Source: Candidatus Poribacteria bacterium (GTDB taxonomy: Bacteria; Poribacteria; WGA-4E; PCPOR2b). From it: a DNA stretch of 64,000 nt. Made by a program: the position numbers and the translations under genes. Numbering within the stretch: the first letter of the stretch is position 1; each line of letters starts with the position of its first letter. The stretch spans positions 4,800,001-4,864,000 of the forward strand of contig OZ220744.1 of assembly GCA_965116925.1 (NCBI GenBank), given 5' to 3'. Positions 57,718 through 64,000 of this stretch are shown here, in pieces. A model generated the notes under the pieces. It did no database searches and was not told the DNA's origin. It saw nothing but the letters and a program-made list of their open reading frames with translations.

Positions 57718-59313
57718 ATGCTGATTGGATATGTCAGCGACGAACGCTATGTAGCAATTCCTGACGTACTGTTAGAATTTGTAGATGAATCAGGTTCGTA
57801 TGAAGCCCGTTCACGGGCGACGGGCGCGATCTACGCGGATCTGTCACCAGGACCTTACAAGGTAACGCTCTATAAACCCGGCTTCGGTGCCAAGAGCGTT
57901 AATATGACAGTCCGAGAGGATCAACCGTATCAGTTTCGCTTGCTTTCGGACTGTTTGCTGGGGTATGCTTGGCCCAAGTGGGTGCGGTCCGGTGAGAAAT
58001 CCGAGTTCCGTGTTCACGCGGTCGAGGCGTATCAGCTATCGCTGTGGCGGTATGGGTTTGAGAAGGAATTGATCCGGGATCTCGGCTGGCATGATGAGCA
58101 TGGACCTCGCGCAACGATGCAGATCTCCCCCGATGGAGATTTCACCCAAACTGGCATTGAGTGGAATAAGTTCGGATATACGAATCCCCATCATCTCCAG
58201 TTCGTTGAAGCACCGGCTCGAAGCGGACTATACTATTTTCACGCCAAGGGGGAATCAGGCGCGTTCTTTTCCTTCCCGTGGATTGTTGCACCGGCGGAGC
58301 CGCAGGGACCCATCGCCGTATTGGCTTCCAACATCAATTGGAACGCCTACAACAATTTCGGCGGTCGGAGTAACTATATCCATCCCGATCAGTTTCCACC
58401 GACCCCCACCATTAACGCCCGACTCGATCTGAAGCGATATACCAACCGCAACCACCAGCACTTCGATGCGGACGAATACGCGCCTCTGTCCTTTGATCGC
58501 CCTGAATTGATTAACGTCATCGCTGAAGACACGGAAGTTACGGATCCAGTCGAAGGGCGTTCCGCTTGTCATGTCGCCCCCGCCGAATGGCGTCTCTTCG
58601 GTTGGCTGGAGCGCGAAGGATATGATTACGACCTCTACGCCGAGACACAGTTTCACCAAGGGGTTCTGAACTTGGAGGATTACAAGGTTCTCATAATCAG
58701 TACCCATCCCGAATACTGGTCTGCGGATATGTACTTTCGACTCAAGGCGTGGGTCTTCGAGGGCGGTGGCAAGTTGATGTATCTTGGAGGCAACGGCTTG
58801 AACTGTGAGGTCGAATTTCTCGACGAATACACGATGGTTACTCACAACGAGAACTGTGGCAGCGGCAGCTTCACCACATTGCAGGATGTTGGGTTTGAAA
58901 GTCGATTCCACCTGCGTCATGAATCCGAAGCCAACCTCTTGGGCGTCGTCTGTACCGATACCGGCATCATGACCGGCGCACCCTATCGGGTGATTGATGA
59001 TTCCCACTGGATTTTTGAAGGCACAGGACTGAAGAATGGGGATGTGTTCGGGGAAAAGAGCTTACATATGCGTTGTCCCGGTGGGGCTTCGGGGCACGAA
59101 ATGGACAAAATCTCCGCCAGCTCTCCTAAGAATACCCAGCTGCTCGCCAAGGGGCTCAATCCCGATGACGGCGGGGCTGAAATCGTTTACCACGAACCCG
59201 GTGGCGGTGGTGCCGTATTCTCCGTCGGCTCGATTACCTATCCCTGTTCTGTGATAGTGGACGATACGATTTCAAAAATTACTACCAACGTGCTGAAACG
59301 ATTTCTGGATTGA
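57718..59313 (+). CDS. N,N-dimethylformamidase large-subunit family protein with N-terminal beta-sandwich
   Basis: SGLYY, WNAYNNFGG, LSFDRP, WLEREGY, HPEYWS, LGGN, GHEMD, FSVGSI; upstream TTGACA-N17-TAAACT. Confidence 0.82.
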   Translation: MLIGYVSDERYVAIPDVLLEFVDESGSYEARSRATGAIYADLSPGPYKVTLYKPGFGAKSVNMTVREDQPYQFRLLSDCLLGYAWPKWVRSGEKSEFRVHAVEAYQLSLWRYGFEKELIRDLGWHDEHGPRATMQISPDGDFTQTGIEWNKFGYTNPHHLQFVEAPARSGLYYFHAKGESGAFFSFPWIVAPAEPQGPIAVLASNINWNAYNNFGGRSNYIHPDQFPPTPTINARLDLKRYTNRNHQHFDADEYAPLSFDRPELINVIAEDTEVTDPVEGRSACHVAPAEWRLFGWLEREGYDYDLYAETQFHQGVLNLEDYKVLIISTHPEYWSADMYFRLKAWVFEGGGKLMYLGGNGLNCEVEFLDEYTMVTHNENCGSGSFTTLQDVGFESRFHLRHESEANLLGVVCTDTGIMTGAPYRVIDDSHWIFEGTGLKNGDVFGEKSLHMRCPGGASGHEMDKISASSPKNTQLLAKGLNPDDGGAEIVYHEPGGGGAVFSVGSITYPCSVIVDDTISKITTNVLKRFLD

Positions 59314-59371
59314 AAAATTACGAGGGTGTCCTCACGAAGCGGGACATAGCAATTTTCTGGAGGAGATACAG

Positions 59372-60139
59372 ATGCACATCAACCAAAACGACTATAACCA
59401 TTACTGGGAAAAGGGCTGGGTCGCCATCGAAAACGTCTACAGTCCCGACGAAGTTGAACGTATTGCTCAAATTGCCATTGAGGTCAGTGATCGTGAGATG
59501 GGGACCCCAGAAACTACGGATCAGGGAATCGGTTACGCCGTTGATCGAGCGGAAGATGGTACGATCGCACCACGAAAAATCAATGCACCTTTCCTCAAAG
59601 AACCTGACTTCCAATCCTTCGTCCTTGACACCCGTCTCTCGCGCAGGATCAAAGACCTCATCGGCGTAGAGCCGGTGCTGGTGACCGATCAGATTTTCAT
59701 GAAGCCGCCGCACTTCGGTAGTGCGAAACCGTACCATCAAGATAACTACTATTTCAAATGTGATCCGGCTGACCATGTAATCACCGCTTGGATTGCGATG
59801 GACGATGTCGAGGAGTCGAACGGCTGCCTTCGCTATATCGAAGGTTCACATAAGGGACCGGTGTTGCCACACGAAACCCCAGACCCTGATGAGCCATACA
59901 ACCTTGTACCGCCACCTGAACTGATCGATCTATCGAAAGAGGCATTGGCGGAAGTCAACAAGGGTGGCGTCGTTTTTCACCACTGTAAGACGCTGCATAC
60001 ATCCCATCGTAACGAATCTGACCGCTGGCGGCGTGGTTACGCCACACATTGGGCGAGCGCGCAAACAACCTGTGAAATCGACACAATCAAGAACGGTTAT
60101 TTTCGGCGCGACGATTTTCCGGGAACCAAATCAAAATAA
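59372..60139 (+). CDS. PhyH-family dioxygenase
   Basis: KPP, YHQD, WIAMDD, NGCL..I.GSH, LHTS. Confidence 0.92.
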   Translation: MHINQNDYNHYWEKGWVAIENVYSPDEVERIAQIAIEVSDREMGTPETTDQGIGYAVDRAEDGTIAPRKINAPFLKEPDFQSFVLDTRLSRRIKDLIGVEPVLVTDQIFMKPPHFGSAKPYHQDNYYFKCDPADHVITAWIAMDDVEESNGCLRYIEGSHKGPVLPHETPDPDEPYNLVPPPELIDLSKEALAEVNKGGVVFHHCKTLHTSHRNESDRWRRGYATHWASAQTTCEIDTIKNGYFRRDDFPGTKSK

Positions 60140-60166
60140 AATGATACAAATATTAACCAAGGTACT

Positions 60167-61102
60167 ATGAACTATCGGCGTTTAGGGCGGACTAACCTGC
60201 AAGTATCGGAGATTTCACTGGGAACCGTAGAATTAGGAATGGACTACGGCATCCCGGTGCGGGGAGAGCATCTACAGCCATCCGAAGCAGATGCTGCCCG
60301 TACACTCAACTGTGCGCTCGACTTGGGCGTTAATTTAATTGATACCGCACAGGCTTATGGGGAGAGCGAAGCGATTATTGGACAGGCATTGAAGTCACGT
60401 CGGAACGAATATATCCTTGCGACGAAGATTGGCTCGTTGAGTTGGGAAGGTTATACCGGTAGGGAGTTGCGAGAACAGGTGGAAACGTCAATCACCGAAT
60501 CGCTGCAAACGCTACAGACGGACACCATTGATCTCCTCTATGTTCACAATGCTACTCCTGAACTCATCCAACGCGGGGAACTTGTAGAGATTATGCAGCG
60601 GGCGCAGCAAGCGGGTTACGTCCGCTTCATTGGCACGACCACCTATGGCGAAGCCGCACCGTTAGCCGTGTTAGAAGATGGTCGTTTCGACTGCGTACAG
60701 GTTGCCTACAACCTATTAGATCGTCAGTTTGAAGAACAGGTGTTGCCGCTAGCTAAGGCAAACGATATAGGGGTCGTTATTCGGTCCGTCCTCCTGAAAG
60801 GGGCATTGACCTATCGCTACGCACATCTTCCCGAAGAACTCCGTGAGTTACGGACGGTGGTTGAGGGGGTAAACTCCCTGTGCAGCGCGCAAGATAGCAG
60901 TTTGCCAGAATTGGCATACCGTTTTGTGCTCGCCCACCCTGCTGTTTCCACCGCGCTGGTGGGGACCGGTCGAGTGCATGAGTTGGAGGCGATCGTTTCA
61001 TTTGCAGGGTGCGATGCGCTTCCGTCAGAGTTAGTAAGCGACATTCGAGAGATTAGTGTGAGCCCGGATCAACTTAACCCGGGCACATGGCCTTTTCGCT
61101 AA
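60167..61102 (+). CDS. Aldo/keto reductase
   Basis: LGRTNLQVSEISLG, DTAQAYG.SE, LATK. Confidence 0.92.
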   Translation: MNYRRLGRTNLQVSEISLGTVELGMDYGIPVRGEHLQPSEADAARTLNCALDLGVNLIDTAQAYGESEAIIGQALKSRRNEYILATKIGSLSWEGYTGRELREQVETSITESLQTLQTDTIDLLYVHNATPELIQRGELVEIMQRAQQAGYVRFIGTTTYGEAAPLAVLEDGRFDCVQVAYNLLDRQFEEQVLPLAKANDIGVVIRSVLLKGALTYRYAHLPEELRELRTVVEGVNSLCSAQDSSLPELAYRFVLAHPAVSTALVGTGRVHELEAIVSFAGCDALPSELVSDIREISVSPDQLNPGTWPFR

Positions 61103-61165
61103 ATGGACAGCTTATTCCGCTTTCGTGGAAAGTGGGGCTTTGTTCAGAAATAAAGGGGTGAAGCT

Positions 61166-61993
61166 ATGTATAACTCAGTCAAGGTCGCGGCCATTTCGAT
61201 TAAACCAAAGAAGTGGGATAAAGCTGCAAACGCTGATAAGATGGAGGCATTTTTTGTTGAAGCCGCCAAGGAGCAACCACAGGTGATTTTGACGACAGAA
61301 GGCGTACTTGAGGGATACGTCGTCATGGAGGTCATCGAGAATAAGGAAACGGCGAAGCGGCTGCTTGACATCGCGGAGCCGATTGATGGTCCCTACATTC
61401 AGCGTTTTCAGCAGCTTGCCAAAAAGTTGGGGATTTGTCTCTGCTTCGGTTTTGCTGAACGCATCGCCGATGAGGCTTATAACTGTGCCGTGTTTATCGA
61501 TCACAACGGCGAAATTTGTGGCAAATACCACAAGACGCAACTCGCGGAAGGCACCCACTCCTCTTGGAACTTTAACCGGATCGGCAAGACGTTGCGCGCT
61601 TTTGATACGCCGATTGGGCGTGCCGGAGCTGTCATCTGCAACGACCGATGGAATCCAATGATCGCGCGTACACTTGTTCTCGATGGGGCACGCCTAATCT
61701 TCATCCCCTCCTATGGATCGAAGAGTAAGGGACAAAACGAGGCAGTGCTTGCGCGGGCACGGGAAAATGGGGTGCCAATCGTCGAGGCAAATGTCGGCAT
61801 GAACCTCATCATCAGCAAGGGTGAGATTGTCACCTACAAGTGGGGCAACGACCAAATCTCGACCGCGGTCATCGACATCCCGGAATCTCCATCGCAAAAG
61901 ATAGCGCGCCGTGCCGAGCAGGAATATCTGCAATTGCAGGGACCAGAGATGGAGAAACGTTATCAGAAAACAATGGAGAGGCTAACCGAGTGA
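61166..61993 (+). CDS. Carbon-nitrogen hydrolase (nitrilase superfamily)
   Basis: Glu-Lys-Cys triad in TTEG, YHK, ICND. Confidence 0.9.
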   Translation: MYNSVKVAAISIKPKKWDKAANADKMEAFFVEAAKEQPQVILTTEGVLEGYVVMEVIENKETAKRLLDIAEPIDGPYIQRFQQLAKKLGICLCFGFAERIADEAYNCAVFIDHNGEICGKYHKTQLAEGTHSSWNFNRIGKTLRAFDTPIGRAGAVICNDRWNPMIARTLVLDGARLIFIPSYGSKSKGQNEAVLARARENGVPIVEANVGMNLIISKGEIVTYKWGNDQISTAVIDIPESPSQKIARRAEQEYLQLQGPEMEKRYQKTMERLTE

Positions 61994-62065
61994 GCCTGTG
62001 AAGCAATTGAAAGGGTTAATCGATATTTCTTGATAATTTTCTGAAAAACCGAGTCAATTTTGTGT

Positions 62066-62094
62066 TTGAATTAAAAGTGGAGGTATGCTATACT
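62066..62094 (+). promoter_or_regulatory. Sigma70-type promoter
   Basis: TTGAAT-N17-TATACT with TG extension. Confidence 0.65.
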
Positions 62095-62262
62095 AGCAAA
62101 TTAATAATTCCTCGACGCCGTCGAGTTACATAGTATAAGCACCTCGACATAATTTGATGGATCTCTAGGTGCCGGGGTGAGAGCGGGAATATCGAAATAG
62201 TTATTTTCAATCAATAAAAAGCCCATCACAAATGATGGACGAACAAGGAGGTAAAATCCACC

Positions 62263-63042
62263 ATGAAAAGATTAAATAGAGACTCATGGATAGGCAGCGC
62301 TGGGCTGCTCGTGTTAATCCTATTAGTTGCTGGCTGCGCAGCGGGAACATCACTAAAAAATCTTCCAGCTGTTCAACCGGCTGAGACCTTACCAGAAGAT
62401 ATTGTCCTTGAGGAGCCTGATTCAGCCGCATTTAAAATTAGACCTCCCACGGGACGAGTACTCTCAATGACCAAAGATAACATTACGGTTCAGATTGTTT
62501 ACTGGCGTCGTGCGGATCTTGATCGTAAGTATAATCGTGGAAATGCTTTCTCTCCATTCTATGAAACGGAAGCCCTCCACCAAGGCGACAAAACAGATGT
62601 CTTTTATGTAAAAGTTACAAACAATGCCGCCACCCCTGTTGTCTATCGGATCAAGGGCACCCGACAAGTTCCCTGCGAGATGGTCGATCAAGGGGAAAAC
62701 CGTTACGGGTCATTAGATTACAACGCCCTCAAAGAACGGTTGACCTACATGTCTCGCGCTTCGGGGATATATGTCACGAACGGGCTCAGAAAGGCGAGAG
62801 AGATTTTGATAGAAACACAGCTTCTAGACACAGAAAAGGGGATCCCCTCCGGCGAGAGCATTGAGGGCTTTCTCCCATTCTATCAGATGAAGCACAACGC
62901 CGAAACACTAGTAGTTATTATTCCGCTTGAGTTAAAACCGCCGGAAGGCACTGCGACTCGTTATAAAAGAATAGTATACGAATTTCCCTTCATACACGAT
63001 AAAGGGATTCGGCTTGCACAACCGGCACCACATCGATACTAG
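62263..63042 (+). CDS. Hypothetical lipoprotein
   Basis: AAGGAGG RBS; lipobox VAGC. Confidence 0.8.
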   Translation: MKRLNRDSWIGSAGLLVLILLVAGCAAGTSLKNLPAVQPAETLPEDIVLEEPDSAAFKIRPPTGRVLSMTKDNITVQIVYWRRADLDRKYNRGNAFSPFYETEALHQGDKTDVFYVKVTNNAATPVVYRIKGTRQVPCEMVDQGENRYGSLDYNALKERLTYMSRASGIYVTNGLRKAREILIETQLLDTEKGIPSGESIEGFLPFYQMKHNAETLVVIIPLELKPPEGTATRYKRIVYEFPFIHDKGIRLAQPAPHRY

Positions 63043-63092
63043 CACTGAACGATAAGTGAGGAGTGAGGAGTGAACCCGAATGGGAGCACTTC

Positions 63093-64000
63093 TCACCTCC
63101 TATCGTGCAATGAATTGCTCTCTACGATTTTGCAAGGTGGTAACGAGTTCAAAAACTGCTTGCCGTAGAACTTGGTCTTGATACGCGCATCGAGGGCGAC
63201 GAAAATTCCTGTGTCCGTTTTTGTGCGAATTAAACGTCCAAACCCTTGCTTAAACCGAATAACCGCTTCTGGTAAACTAAACTCCATAAACGGATTTCCG
63301 CCCCGCTCCTCAATCTGCTTGACCCGCGCCTCTATCACCGGATGTGTGGGAACTTCAAAAGGTAGTTTGGTAATAATTACACTACTGAGCGATTCACCGC
63401 GCACATCAACTCCCTCCCAAAAGCTGGAAGTTCCAAACAGGACAGAATTAATATTCTCCCTAAATTCCGTCAGCATCGCGCTGCGCGAAAGTCCCTCTCC
63501 CTGTTTGAGCACGTCAATCCCAAGCTGCTCAAGGTAAGGTAGAACTTCCTCGTAAACCTCGTCCATCATCCGGTAGCTTGTAAATAGGACGAAGGCTTTG
63601 CCATGGGTCAGCCTGAGGTAATTCAGGATCTGTGTGGTAGCGGCCCGCGTGAAAGCCCGATCTCGCGGATCGGGCATCCGCGAAGGGATATGGATCTCGA
63701 CCTGCTCTCGATAGTTGAAGGGTGATCCGACAAGTAATTCACGGCAATGAGGTAGCCCAATCCGCCCCCGAAAGTAGTCGAAATTCTGGTTAGTCGCTAG
63801 TGTGGCACTGGTCATGATGATGCTGTCCAGTTTTTCAAATAGGTGGGTGTTCAATTCTTCACTAACGTTGATTGGGGTCGCATGCAACACAACTCGATCA
63901 AATCGTCCCCGCGTTGAGGTGTTGATCCAGTAAACGTAATCTGGCAATGTGTGGCTAACCATCACATCTAAGTCGTTACGCAGTTCACGGCAGCGACGCA
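63093..64000 (-). CDS. DinG/YoaA-family helicase, C-terminal part (starts beyond right edge)
   Basis: TSATL, SPF, LFTSY, FWEGVDV.G, KLPF, QGFGRLIR; frame open to the edge. Confidence 0.93.
   Translation of the reverse strand, partial: RRCRELRNDLDVMVSHTLPDYVYWINTSTRGRFDRVVLHATPINVSEELNTHLFEKLDSIIMTSATLATNQNFDYFRGRIGLPHCRELLVGSPFNYREQVEIHIPSRMPDPRDRAFTRAATTQILNYLRLTHGKAFVLFTSYRMMDEVYEEVLPYLEQLGIDVLKQGEGLSRSAMLTEFRENINSVLFGTSSFWEGVDVRGESLSSVIITKLPFEVPTHPVIEARVKQIEERGGNPFMEFSLPEAVIRFKQGFGRLIRTKTDTGIFVALDARIKTKFYGKQFLNSLPPCKIVESNSLHDRR

Noticed and set aside
48157..59007. Long antisense ORFs (48157-48915, 52709-53260, 58255-59007)
   Set aside because: Shadows of well-supported genes with no recognisable motifs

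Overview
Bacterial chromosomal window (about 50% GC, with AT-richer patches). Gene content (four PhyH-family dioxygenases, sulfatases, enolase-superfamily and aldo/keto reductase enzymes, secreted WD40/FG-GAP proteins ending in the LL(Q/P)N(F/Y)PNPFNPETWIPY Ig-like module) suggests Candidatus Poribacteria or a similar organism; this is inference, not a database result. Housekeeping genes: acnA, sucD, nfi, a partial DinG helicase. Main observations: (1) a three-gene cytochrome operon at the left edge, with a Cyc2-like cytochrome-porin fusion carrying two CxxCH motifs, a Pro/Gln-tethered cytochrome P460-family lipoprotein and a membrane cytochrome b-like protein, i.e. a candidate trans-envelope electron conduit; (2) a ~135-nt intergenic small RNA candidate with its own promoter, terminator and anti-Shine-Dalgarno loops; (3) at least five families of miniature inverted-repeat elements, most with target-site duplications, that appear to share and swap GTAG-REP and hairpin cargo; (4) a two-gene cassette flanked by a synonymously diverged duplicate of the hydantoinase 3' end, next to an AIPR defence gene; (5) several decayed or atypical genes. 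No rRNA, tRNA, CRISPR array, transposase or integrase was seen.
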